This document shows positions 19,024-28,521 of a stretch of DNA of 64,000 nucleotides, in pieces. Within the stretch, counting starts at the first letter, position 1; every line of letters starts with the position of its first letter. The stretch is from Bacilli bacterium. Lineage in GTDB: Bacteria > Bacillota_I > Bacilli_A > RFN20 > CAG-826. The stretch covers positions 206 to 64,205 of the forward strand of contig JAKSUZ010000001.1 of the NCBI GenBank assembly GCA_024408505.1, given 5' to 3'. The translations under genes were made by a program, and so were the position numbers. The notes beneath the pieces are model-generated. The model saw only the letters and a program-made list of their open reading frames with translations, was not told the DNA's origin and did no database searches.

Positions 19024-21243
19024 ATGAAAGCGAAAAAAGAAGTTAATCTGATTAATGGTGGATACCCACTTCATACTTTCGATGATATCAAAGATATCTA
19101 TTCGCTTTATATCACGGACAAAAAAGATCGCGAATTAATTGAAAGCGCATATCAATACGCAAGAAAGAAACACGAAGGTGTATATCGTAATACGGGTGAA
19201 GCTTATATTCATCATCCTTTAGAAGTGGCTTATATTTTAGCTAGACTCCATGTTGGTCCTAAAACCATCGCTAGTGGTTTTATTCATGATGTAGTCGAAG
19301 ACACCGATACCACAATTGAAGAAATTGGTAAACAATTTGGTAAAGAAGTTCAAAACATTGTTGATTCGTTAACAAAAATTTCTCGTTTAAAATTATCGCG
19401 CCGTGGCAAAACGGTTAACTTTACTGCTGAAGATCACAAAAAGATTCTTCTTGGTATGGCTAAAGATATCCGTGTAATTATTATTAAGCTTGCGGACCGT
19501 CTTCATAATATGCGTACACTTGATGGTTTGCCACAAGACCGAATCGAACGCTTGAGTAAAGAAACACTAGAAGTGTTTGTACCAATCGCGCACCGTTTAG
19601 GCTTATACGCGATGCAAAGCGAAATGGAAGATTTAGCGTTAAAGCATCTTAAGCCCGAAGTATATGAACAAATTCAAAAACTTTTAGATTCAAAAATGCG
19701 TTACCGTAGAAAATCATTAGATGCTCTAATGAAACGAATCGCGGACATGCTCTTTGAGAAGAAAATTAAATTTGAAATTACTAGTCGCGTGAAAAGTGTT
19801 TATTCCATTTATAAAAAGATTTACCTTAAGGGTCATACCTTTAATGAAATATATGACATCATGGCGATTCGTATTATTACGGATACCGTTTTAAGATGTT
19901 ATGAAATTATTGGTCTAATTCATAATGTTTATAAACCAATTCCTGGAAGATTTAAAGATTATATCGCAGTGCCAAAGGCAAATATGTATCAATCATTACA
20001 TTCAAGTATTGTCACAGGTGATGGTAACTTCTTTGAAGTTCAAGTTAGAACTAAAGACATGGATGAAGTTGCCGAGACTGGTGTTGCAGCACATTGGAAA
20101 TATAAAGAAGGTAGTAGCAAAACCACTAAACAAGAAATGCGCGAAATTGAAAATAAATTACATTGGTTCCGCGACTTTGTCGCGATGAGCGCGAATACAA
20201 ACACTGATTCAGCCAAAGATTACATGGATAAACTTCGCCATGATATTTTTGATAGCAGCGTTTATGTTTTAACTCCGCTTGGTAAAGTCATAGACTTACC
20301 AGCCGGTTCAACGCCTTTAGATTTCGCTTATAAAATTCATAGTAAAGTCGGTGACCAAGCGGTTGGAGCGATTGTTAATAACACCATGGTTTCTCTTAAT
20401 ACCATTTTAAAAAGTGGTGATGTAGTTGAAATTAAAACTAGCCCAAATAGCGGGGGGCCTAATGAGGGCTGGCTAAAGATTGCTAAGTCCACAAATGCAC
20501 TGGCGCACATCCGTAAAGCCTTAGCAAAAAAGAATTCTGGTTTATTAAAAGACAAAAGAATTAATAAAGGGCGTTCTTCTTTAAAAGAAACATTTGCGCA
20601 AAATGGATTCAGTGAAGAAGAAATGTTAGAGAGAATTGATAACAAAAAATTGTTTGAATATTTTAATGTAAAAAGTCTTAATGACTTATTTGTTAAAATC
20701 GCTAATCATAATCCATCACCAAATGCCATTTTTGAATTCTTGCATTTAAAAGATAAAAGAAGTGCAACTATCAAACTTGATAAAGCAAAAAAGATTAATG
20801 AGTCACCAGTTATTGTTGGTGGTGAAGCTCGAATCGCGGTTAGTCTAGGCAACTGCTGTTCGCCAATTCCAGGTGACGAAATTGTTGGTTATGTTACCAA
20901 AGGTAAAGGAATAACTATTCACCGGATTAATTGTCCAAACGTGCAAAAAGAAAAAGAACGCTTAATGCATGCCGAATGGCGAGACGAAGATTATTTATCA
21001 ACTTATCCAGTTTCAATTGAAATTGAAGCGAACGATCGCAACAATTTATTAACAGATATTATGGGCGCGATTTCTCAACACAAAATCCCGGTCACTTCTA
21101 TTACCGCGCACCTACATAAAGAATCAACCACCACATCTATATTCGCGACCATTCATGTTTCTGATATTAAACAATTACGCGACATTTTTAATGTAATTGT
21201 TAACATAAATGGTGTCTTTGCGGTTGACCGCGTAATTCACTAG
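19024..21243 (+). CDS. relA: Bifunctional (p)ppGpp synthetase/hydrolase RelA/SpoT homologue (Rsh)
   Basis: HD hydrolase domain (HHPLEVAYILA...HDVVEDT), synthetase domain, TGS and ACT domains. 739 aa. Confidence 0.93.
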   Translation: MKAKKEVNLINGGYPLHTFDDIKDIYSLYITDKKDRELIESAYQYARKKHEGVYRNTGEAYIHHPLEVAYILARLHVGPKTIASGFIHDVVEDTDTTIEEIGKQFGKEVQNIVDSLTKISRLKLSRRGKTVNFTAEDHKKILLGMAKDIRVIIIKLADRLHNMRTLDGLPQDRIERLSKETLEVFVPIAHRLGLYAMQSEMEDLALKHLKPEVYEQIQKLLDSKMRYRRKSLDALMKRIADMLFEKKIKFEITSRVKSVYSIYKKIYLKGHTFNEIYDIMAIRIITDTVLRCYEIIGLIHNVYKPIPGRFKDYIAVPKANMYQSLHSSIVTGDGNFFEVQVRTKDMDEVAETGVAAHWKYKEGSSKTTKQEMREIENKLHWFRDFVAMSANTNTDSAKDYMDKLRHDIFDSSVYVLTPLGKVIDLPAGSTPLDFAYKIHSKVGDQAVGAIVNNTMVSLNTILKSGDVVEIKTSPNSGGPNEGWLKIAKSTNALAHIRKALAKKNSGLLKDKRINKGRSSLKETFAQNGFSEEEMLERIDNKKLFEYFNVKSLNDLFVKIANHNPSPNAIFEFLHLKDKRSATIKLDKAKKINESPVIVGGEARIAVSLGNCCSPIPGDEIVGYVTKGKGITIHRINCPNVQKEKERLMHAEWRDEDYLSTYPVSIEIEANDRNNLLTDIMGAISQHKIPVTSITAHLHKESTTTSIFATIHVSDIKQLRDIFNVIVNINGVFAVDRVIH

Positions 21244-21249
21244 TAACAA

Positions 21250-21278
21250 AGGCACTCTAAAGAGTGCTTTTGTTTTAT
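21250..21278 (+). terminator. Rho-independent terminator after relA
   Basis: ggcactct-aaag-agtgcc(t) followed by TTTTGTTTT. Confidence 0.7.
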
Positions 21279-21314
21279 ATTAAGAAGTTATATAATATTT
21301 CTTGAGATTTTCTT

Positions 21315-22664
21315 ATGGATTTTCAATTAGTAAAAGGTACACACGACATTATCAATAAAGAAGCAAGATTCTATCAGCAGATTGAATCACTTTTTATTTC
21401 ATTAGCAGAATTATACGGATATAGTGAGTTCCGTACCCCGATTATTGAATATAGCGAGCTATTTAAACGCGACCAAAACGATAGTAGCGATATGGTTCGC
21501 AAGCAAATGTATACTTTTACCGATTTAGGTAACCGTAGTATAACTCTTCGTCCAGAAGGAACCGCAAGCGTTGCTCGAGCAATCGTTAATAGCAAATTAT
21601 ATGCAGAAAACGATTTCCCGATTAAAGCTTACTATTTAGGTCCAGTCTTCCGCTATGAAAGACCAAAAGCAGGAACATACCGTCAATTCTTACAATTTGG
21701 TATAGAAAATATTGGTGTTGATAGTATCTACGCTGATGTTGAAACTATTATATTAAGTTATCGAGCATTAAAAATGCTGGGCTTTAAAAATTTGAAGTTA
21801 AAGATTAATTGTTTAGGCGACCAAGAGTCACGCGATAATTATAAAAAAGCGTTAGTAAAGTATTTCACGCCTTTGATCGATAAGATGTGTCCTGATTGTA
21901 AAGAAAGACTTAAACTTAATCCATTACGGATTATTGATTGTAAAGTTCCTGAAGACCAAAAGTTAGTGAAAGGTGCACCAAAGATGGGCGAATATTTATC
22001 AAAAGCCAGTAAAGATCGTTTTGCTAATACAATTAAGTTATTAAAAGAAGTCGGCGTTCCATATGAATTAGATGAAGGCATCGTAAGAGGTTTAGATTAT
22101 TACTCACATATTGTTTATGAATTTGAATATATTTCAAAATCAGGTTTAAATGTCGGTGCTTTAGGTGGTGGTGGACACTATGACAATCTAATTAGCGAAG
22201 TCGGCGGACCTAAACTTGCTGGCGTTGGTTTTGCCTTTGGCATTGAACGCATCTACTCATTACTTAAAGATGAGAACTTATTACCAAAATTAAATGATGG
22301 TTTTGATTTTATGGTCATGCCAATTGGTGAAGCTTGTATTTCACGCGCCTTTATTGTTGCGGACTTTTTGCGGATGCTTGGTTTCAAAGCGGAAGCTATT
22401 ATTGAAAATAAAAGTTTTAAAGCTATGTTCCATAAAGCTGAAAGAAAAGAAGCGGCCTATGCTATCTTAATCGGCGAGAACGAAGTTAAAAATAACGAAG
22501 TGATTATTAAAAATATAAAAACACAAGAACAAAAGACTGTGAAGAACAAAGATCTTAAAGAATATGTCGATTCTTTATTCTCCCACGATTGCCATTGCGA
22601 TGATGACTGTCATTGTGATGACGGCGATTGCTGTTGTGGAGGAGGACACCATGGAAAGAAGTAA
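21315..22664 (+). CDS. hisS: Histidyl-tRNA synthetase with an unusual Cys/His/Asp-rich C-terminal tail
   Basis: Class II motifs (FRYERPKAGTYRQF, GGGRYD-like GGGGHYDNL). The ORF continues past the usual end into ...FSHDCHCDDDCHCDDGDCCCGGGHHGKK and overlaps the aspS start by 14 nt. Confidence 0.9.
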   Translation: MDFQLVKGTHDIINKEARFYQQIESLFISLAELYGYSEFRTPIIEYSELFKRDQNDSSDMVRKQMYTFTDLGNRSITLRPEGTASVARAIVNSKLYAENDFPIKAYYLGPVFRYERPKAGTYRQFLQFGIENIGVDSIYADVETIILSYRALKMLGFKNLKLKINCLGDQESRDNYKKALVKYFTPLIDKMCPDCKERLKLNPLRIIDCKVPEDQKLVKGAPKMGEYLSKASKDRFANTIKLLKEVGVPYELDEGIVRGLDYYSHIVYEFEYISKSGLNVGALGGGGHYDNLISEVGGPKLAGVGFAFGIERIYSLLKDENLLPKLNDGFDFMVMPIGEACISRAFIVADFLRMLGFKAEAIIENKSFKAMFHKAERKEAAYAILIGENEVKNNEVIIKNIKTQEQKTVKNKDLKEYVDSLFSHDCHCDDDCHCDDGDCCCGGGHHGKK

Positions 22665-24384
22665 TCATAATGGTACATTATCATTAAAAGATGTTAATAA
22701 AGAAGTTAGTCTAGTTGGTTGGGTTCATAAGAAGAGAAACCTAGGCTCGTTATTATTTATCGACTTAAGAGATAGAAGTGGCATTGTCCAAATTACCGTA
22801 AGAGAAGGCGTTAAGGTTCCTGATATTCGTAACGAATATGTAATTTGGGTAAAAGGTAAAGTTGCTAAGAAAGATGTTCCTAATAAGCAACTTAAAACTG
22901 GTGAGATTGAAGTAATCGCTAGCGAAATTAAAGTTATTAATAAAGCCGAAACGACTCCAATTATAATCGACGATAATACTGACGCACTAGAAGATACAAG
23001 ATTAAAATATCGTTATCTCGACTTACGTCGTCCGATTAATCAAAAGCGTTTACAAATTAGAGCTAATATTGTTAAAGCAACCCATGAATATCTGGATGCG
23101 AATGACTTCTTAGAAGTTGAGACTCCAATCTTAACTTTATCAACACCAGAAGGCGCGAGAGATTATCTTGTTCCTTCGCGCATTCATAAAGGATGCTTCT
23201 ATGCTTTACCTCAATCACCCCAAATGTATAAACAACTTTTAATGATTGCCGGTTGTGAAAGATATTATCAAATTGCTAAATGCTTTAGAGATGAAGATTT
23301 AAGAGCAGACCGTCAACCTGACTTTACGCAGATTGACATCGAAACTAGTTTCCTTGATCAAGATCAAGTCTTGACCATCATGGAAGGATTAATCGCTCAT
23401 ATCTTTAAGAAAGTAATTAACTATGATATTAAATTACCGCTTCGTCGGCTTAAATATGACGATGCGGTTAGAGACTATGGTAGTGATAAACCCGACACCC
23501 GTTTTGAAATGAAATTAAAAGATATCAAAGATATCGTCAAAGGTAGCGAGTTTGGTGTCTTTAAAGACAATCAGCATGTAAGAGCGTTAGTTGTTAATGG
23601 CGTTGCAGATAAAACCACCCGTAAAGTAATTGATAAATTACAACTTGAAGCCAAAAAGTTTTCCTTAAAAGGCTATATTGTTATTAAATATGTAGGCGGT
23701 AAACTTGATAGCAGCATCGTTAAATATTTAAGCGATGAGATTCAAAAAAATCTTATTAAAGAATTAAAACTTAAAGATAATGATATTGTTATTATCGCAG
23801 CCAGCAATTCGTACCGCGATGCTAGTTTTGGTTTAGGCGCTCTTAGAGCGAGTTATGGTAATGAACTAAAACTTATTCCTCCACACACTCATGATGCACT
23901 TTATATTGTTGACTTCCCGCTATTTGAAATCTCTAAAGAGACCGGCAAGTTAACTAGTTGCCATCACCCATTCACTCGTCCTAAAGATGAAGAAGCGTAT
24001 CTATTAGATAAAGATCCTAGCAAGGTTCATGCCTCTGCCTATGATATGGTGATTGATGGTAATGAAGCTGGTGGTGGTTCACTTAGAATCTATGATCCAG
24101 AAATGCAAAAGAAAGTATTTAAAATACTTGGTTTAACCGATGAAGATATTAAACGCAAGTTTGGTTTCTTTATCGATGCCTTTAAATATGGCACGCCTCC
24201 ACATGGTGGTATCGCATTTGGTCTTGAAAGAATTACGATGATGTTAAGCGAGACGAATAATATTCGTGATGTCATTGCTTTCCCAAAGAATCTATCAGCG
24301 ATGTGCCCAATGAGTAATTCCCCACGTGAAGTTGATCCAGATCAGCTTGAAGAATTAGGTATTCAAATTAAAAAGGAGAAGTAA
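22651..24384 (+). CDS. aspS: Aspartyl-tRNA synthetase
   Basis: SD GGAGGAGG then ATG at 22651 (MERSNHNGTLSLKDV...). OB anticodon-binding domain and class II motifs (FRDEDLRADRQPDFTQID, GGGSLRI, GLERI). The 22564 ATG in the track is rejected as an in-frame upstream extension. Confidence 0.92.
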   Translation: MERSNHNGTLSLKDVNKEVSLVGWVHKKRNLGSLLFIDLRDRSGIVQITVREGVKVPDIRNEYVIWVKGKVAKKDVPNKQLKTGEIEVIASEIKVINKAETTPIIIDDNTDALEDTRLKYRYLDLRRPINQKRLQIRANIVKATHEYLDANDFLEVETPILTLSTPEGARDYLVPSRIHKGCFYALPQSPQMYKQLLMIAGCERYYQIAKCFRDEDLRADRQPDFTQIDIETSFLDQDQVLTIMEGLIAHIFKKVINYDIKLPLRRLKYDDAVRDYGSDKPDTRFEMKLKDIKDIVKGSEFGVFKDNQHVRALVVNGVADKTTRKVIDKLQLEAKKFSLKGYIVIKYVGGKLDSSIVKYLSDEIQKNLIKELKLKDNDIVIIAASNSYRDASFGLGALRASYGNELKLIPPHTHDALYIVDFPLFEISKETGKLTSCHHPFTRPKDEEAYLLDKDPSKVHASAYDMVIDGNEAGGGSLRIYDPEMQKKVFKILGLTDEDIKRKFGFFIDAFKYGTPPHGGIAFGLERITMMLSETNNIRDVIAFPKNLSAMCPMSNSPREVDPDQLEELGIQIKKEK

Positions 24385-26346
24385 ATGAACAACCGGATTG
24401 ATGATTTAGCGATTGCGAGTATTCGTAGTCTTTGCATTGATGAAATCAATAAACCGAATAGCGGTCACCCAGGTGTTGCATTAGGAGCCGCACCGATTAT
24501 TTATACATTATATAAATATCACCTAATGAGTGACCCAACTCATCCAACTTGGATTAATCGTGATCGGTTTATCCTTAGTGGCGGTCATGCGAGTAGTTTA
24601 TTATACGCTATGTTACATGTATGCGGGTATGCAGTTAGGATGGACGATATTAAAAAATTCCGTGTTGTTAATTCGTTAACAACAGGCCACCCTGAATATG
24701 GTCACACTCCTGGTGTTGATAACACTAGCGGTCCTTTAGGACAAGGCTTATCTCAAGCGGTTGGTGTGGCAATGGCGGAAGTTCATATCGCTTCTAAATA
24801 TCCTGAAGGTTATAAACTTATGAATCACTATACATACTGTATGTTAGGTGATGGTGATTTAGAAGAAGGCATCTCACAAGAAGCTATTTCTTTAGCGGGA
24901 CATCTTAAATTAAATAAACTTATATGTTTATATGATTCAAACGCAATTACCCTTGATGGTAAATTATCTGATTCGTTTAGTGAAAACACTAAAATGCGTT
25001 TTAAGGCTAGCAAGTGGAACGTGCTTGAAGTTAAAGACGGTAATGATGTTAATGAAATTAATGAAGCAATCGTTAAAGCTAAAAAGAGTAAAGAACCCAC
25101 TTTAATTATTATTAATACCATAATTGGTTACGGTAGTAAGAATCAAGGTACAAGCAAAGTTCATGGTGCGGCGTTAGGAGTTGAAGATGGAAAATACGCT
25201 AAGAGCGTTTATAAATATAACTATCCTGAATTTACTGTTCCTAAAGAAGTATATAAAACTTTAAAGGATAGCTTTGCTAAGCGTGGTGTTAAAGCTTATA
25301 AGGATTATCAACAAACTCTTAAGAGTTATCAAAAGAAACACGCAAAAGCATATGAATTGTTTAACGATGCGTTTAAGCTCAATGTTTCTAAATACATTAA
25401 AGATAATGTAACATTCGATCCTAAGTTAAATGAAGCTACAAGAAAAACTAGTGGTAACTTAGTTAATAAGTTCGCTAATGAAATTCCATTTATGATTGGC
25501 GGTGCAGCCGATGTTGCTGGCAGCGTCATGACTAAGATTAATAACGAAACTATGTTTAGTGCGAAAAATTACAAGGGTCGCAACATCGCATTTGGTATTC
25601 GTGAATTCGAAACCGCTGGTATTCAAAATGGTATGTTGCTCCATGGAGGGCTTCGTCCTTATGTTGGTTGCTTCTTAGTGTTCGCAGATTATATGAAAGC
25701 CGCAATTAGAATGAGTGCTATTTCTAAACTACCGGCTATTTATTTATTTAGTCACGATTCAATTTATGTTGGTGAAGACGGACCTACTCATGAACCAATT
25801 GAACAAGTAGCGATGCTACGTTCAATTCCTAATATAAGAGTGTATCGTCCTTGTGATGCACGCGAAACATATGGCGCTTGGAAATTAGCATTAACAAGTA
25901 AAGAGACTCCAAGTGTGCTTGTTTTGTCTCGTCAAGGATTACCTTTAATTAAAGGTAGTAGCGATAAGAAGATAAAAGATGGCGCTTATATTATTTCTAA
26001 AGAAAAGGGTAATAAATTTGTAACTATTATCGCTAGCGGTAGCGAAGTCGCTTTAGCGATGGAAGCAAAAAATAAATTAAAAGGCAAAGTCGATCTTAGA
26101 ATTGTATCTATGCCTTGTATGGAAGCCTTTAATTTATTAAGTAACAAGGAACAAAAAGAAATTCTTGGTAATAAATATGAAAAGCGAATTGCGGTTGAAG
26201 CTTTAACAAGCTTTGGCTGGCATCGTTACGCCAAGCATGTTATGAGCGTCGATCATTATGGTTTATCTGGTAAAGGTAGTGAAATTGCTAAAGCAATTGG
26301 TTTCACTAGTGACAATCTCGTTAAATTAATTATGAGGGTTAAATAG
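24385..26346 (+). CDS. tkt: Transketolase
   Basis: TPP-binding GHPG...GDGDLEEG, 653 aa. Begins 1 nt after the aspS stop. Confidence 0.93.
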   Translation: MNNRIDDLAIASIRSLCIDEINKPNSGHPGVALGAAPIIYTLYKYHLMSDPTHPTWINRDRFILSGGHASSLLYAMLHVCGYAVRMDDIKKFRVVNSLTTGHPEYGHTPGVDNTSGPLGQGLSQAVGVAMAEVHIASKYPEGYKLMNHYTYCMLGDGDLEEGISQEAISLAGHLKLNKLICLYDSNAITLDGKLSDSFSENTKMRFKASKWNVLEVKDGNDVNEINEAIVKAKKSKEPTLIIINTIIGYGSKNQGTSKVHGAALGVEDGKYAKSVYKYNYPEFTVPKEVYKTLKDSFAKRGVKAYKDYQQTLKSYQKKHAKAYELFNDAFKLNVSKYIKDNVTFDPKLNEATRKTSGNLVNKFANEIPFMIGGAADVAGSVMTKINNETMFSAKNYKGRNIAFGIREFETAGIQNGMLLHGGLRPYVGCFLVFADYMKAAIRMSAISKLPAIYLFSHDSIYVGEDGPTHEPIEQVAMLRSIPNIRVYRPCDARETYGAWKLALTSKETPSVLVLSRQGLPLIKGSSDKKIKDGAYIISKEKGNKFVTIIASGSEVALAMEAKNKLKGKVDLRIVSMPCMEAFNLLSNKEQKEILGNKYEKRIAVEALTSFGWHRYAKHVMSVDHYGLSGKGSEIAKAIGFTSDNLVKLIMRVK

Positions 26347-26347
26347 T

Positions 26348-26698
26348 ATGGCCAAAAACGAACACCGTTATTATTACATTAAAAATTATTCTAATAAAGG
26401 CGAGATGGCAATCTCTCATCATGTCTTTGAAACGATTGCCGTAGAAGCGGTAAAGAAAGTTAAAGGCGCGAGCGTGTATAAAGGCAAGACTTCGCGGGTT
26501 AATATTTATCGTCCAGTTTCTTGCGAAATGAAAAAGAACGGAAAGATTGAACTTAGCGTAGACGTTTCTTTAAAGAAAGGCGTGGATGTTAAGACGACTT
26601 GCGAAAAGATTAAAGAAGAAATTACTAACGATTTATTACTCGCGGTTGAAACCATTAACGTTAATGTATCAATTAACGTCGCTAACATTGGCGATTAA
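26348..26698 (+). CDS. Asp23/Gls24 family protein (B. subtilis YqhY-like, conserved upstream of nusB)
   Basis: 116 aa. ISHHVFETIAVEAVKKVKG is an Asp23-family signature. Synteny with nusB. Confidence 0.8.
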   Translation: MAKNEHRYYYIKNYSNKGEMAISHHVFETIAVEAVKKVKGASVYKGKTSRVNIYRPVSCEMKKNGKIELSVDVSLKKGVDVKTTCEKIKEEITNDLLLAVETINVNVSINVANIGD

Positions 26699-26706
26699 GG
26701 AAAAAT

Positions 26707-27105
26707 ATGTCTCGCAATAAGAATCATGAATTAGTCATGCAAGCTCTTTATGTGGAGCTCACTCATATTGCGATGAAGGAAGAAATTAATATCCCATCGA
26801 TTATGGAAGGTGTTTTTCAAACACCGTTTAACCAAATTGATTTATTTGCGCGCGGTGTGGTGATTAAGGCAAACAAGAACCTTGATAAAATTATCAATGA
26901 TTTAAGTAAAGCGCTTCAAGGTTGGAAGTGGGATAGAATATCTCGCCTTGCTCAAGCGATTTTGATTATGAGCTATGCTCACTATAAGTATGTAGAGAAA
27001 GTTGATAAAGCGGTAGTGATTGAAATCGCTGTTAAACTGGCTAAGAAATATTTAGACCTTAATGAACATAAGTTTATTAACGGAGTGCTTGATAAAGTAT
27101 TATGA
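26707..27105 (+). CDS. nusB: Transcription antitermination factor NusB
   Basis: 132 aa all-helical protein. Position between the Asp23-like gene and xseA matches the Bacillus nusB locus. Confidence 0.8.
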   Translation: MSRNKNHELVMQALYVELTHIAMKEEINIPSIMEGVFQTPFNQIDLFARGVVIKANKNLDKIINDLSKALQGWKWDRISRLAQAILIMSYAHYKYVEKVDKAVVIEIAVKLAKKYLDLNEHKFINGVLDKVL

Positions 27106-28310
27106 AAGTGAAAGATGTTTTTTCTGTTAGTGAACTCAATCATTACATCAAGGGTGTCTTTGACACGGATAATAAACTTCGTCACGTTAAATTAGAAGGC
27201 GAATTGTTAGATTTTAAAAGATATCCAAGCGGACACTTATATTTTAATGTGATAGATGAAAAATCATCTATTAGCGCGGTTATGTTTGAAAGTAACGCTA
27301 CAAAACTAGAGTTCAAACCTAAAGATGGCGATAAAGTAATTATCGAAGGAAGCGTTTCGGTTTATGAAAAAACTGGACGTTATCAAATTTATGTCTATGA
27401 CATGGTTCCTAGCGGAGAAGGCGCACGCTTAATTGCCTTAATGAAATTAAAAGCAAAATTAGAAAAGGAAGGACTGTTTGATCCTGCCCATAAGCGCCCA
27501 ATTAATTTATATCCAAAAGCAATCGGACTAGTGACCGCAAAAGGAAGCGCAGCGGCTAGTGATCTTATTACTAATATATTTAGAAGATATCCGTTAGTTA
27601 CTATATATACGTTTTATAGCGCAGTACAAGGCGCGAGTGCGCCAAAAGAATTAGTGGTTGCTTTAAATAAAGCATACAAGTACCCACTTGATACAATTAT
27701 TGTTGGTCGCGGCGGTGGAAGTAACGAAGATCTTAATGCTTTTAACGATGAAGAATTAGTGAGAACAATCTATCGTTCGCCGGTTCCGGTTATCGCTGCA
27801 GTCGGACACGAAATCGATTTTACTCTAGTAGACTTTGTGGCGGATAAAAGAGCTTCGACTCCAACCGGTGCGAGTGAGCTAGCGACAGTAGATAAAAGAG
27901 AAATATTTGAGAGCTTAGATAATTATCGCTACATGATGCACGAGACATTAACTAACAGGATTAGATTAATAAAGGAAAGATTAGCATACATCAAGAACCG
28001 TCCGTTCTTCTTAAATCCATCCAGCATTTATCAAGATGAACTTAATGAAATTAAACTTCTAAAAGAAAGTCTTTATAGCCAAATGAAATTATTACTTAGC
28101 CGCAAAACAAGCGATTTGAGCGCTCGAAAGGAAAGACTCTTGGCACTTAATCCAAACAAAGTGTTAAAACGCGGGTTCGCCATGATAAAAGCAAAAAACG
28201 GAAAGATCGTAAAGAATGTGAATGATATCAACGTCAACGAAGAAATAGAAACCACCCTAAGCGATGGTAAAGTATACGCGAATGTAACGCGGAAGGAGAA
28301 ACACGTATGA
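27102..28310 (+). CDS. xseA: Exodeoxyribonuclease VII large subunit
   Basis: N-terminal OB fold, catalytic core GRGGGS...D. 402 aa. ATGA overlap. Confidence 0.9.
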   Translation: MKVKDVFSVSELNHYIKGVFDTDNKLRHVKLEGELLDFKRYPSGHLYFNVIDEKSSISAVMFESNATKLEFKPKDGDKVIIEGSVSVYEKTGRYQIYVYDMVPSGEGARLIALMKLKAKLEKEGLFDPAHKRPINLYPKAIGLVTAKGSAAASDLITNIFRRYPLVTIYTFYSAVQGASAPKELVVALNKAYKYPLDTIIVGRGGGSNEDLNAFNDEELVRTIYRSPVPVIAAVGHEIDFTLVDFVADKRASTPTGASELATVDKREIFESLDNYRYMMHETLTNRIRLIKERLAYIKNRPFFLNPSSIYQDELNEIKLLKESLYSQMKLLLSRKTSDLSARKERLLALNPNKVLKRGFAMIKAKNGKIVKNVNDINVNEEIETTLSDGKVYANVTRKEKHV

Positions 28311-28513
28311 GTGAAAAAGAAACTAGTATCGACTTTGAAAAAGAGCTAAAGCATCTTGATGAAATTGTCGAAAAGATTGAAGGCAACGTCTTGCCGCTTG
28401 ATGAATCCATCAAACTTTACGAAGAGGGCAGTAAGATTATTAAAAAACTTGAAGGCGCTCTAAAAGAAGCTGAAAAGAAAATGGCTAAAGTGGTGGACAC
28501 TGATAAGAAATAA
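28307..28513 (+). CDS. xseB: Exodeoxyribonuclease VII small subunit
   Basis: 68-aa helical protein overlapping the xseA stop. FEKELKHLDEIVEKIEGNVLPLDESIKLYEEG is the XseB pattern. Confidence 0.88.
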   Translation: MSEKETSIDFEKELKHLDEIVEKIEGNVLPLDESIKLYEEGSKIIKKLEGALKEAEKKMAKVVDTDKK

Positions 28514-28521
28514 ATTTATTT

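Noticed and set aside
22564-22650. Long N-terminal extension of aspS (MSILYSPTIAIAMMTVIVMTAIAVVEEDT...) in the ORF track
   Set aside because: It is an in-frame read-through of the hisS 3' end. The real AspRS start is the SD-preceded ATG at 22651, whose product aligns with AspRS N-termini.
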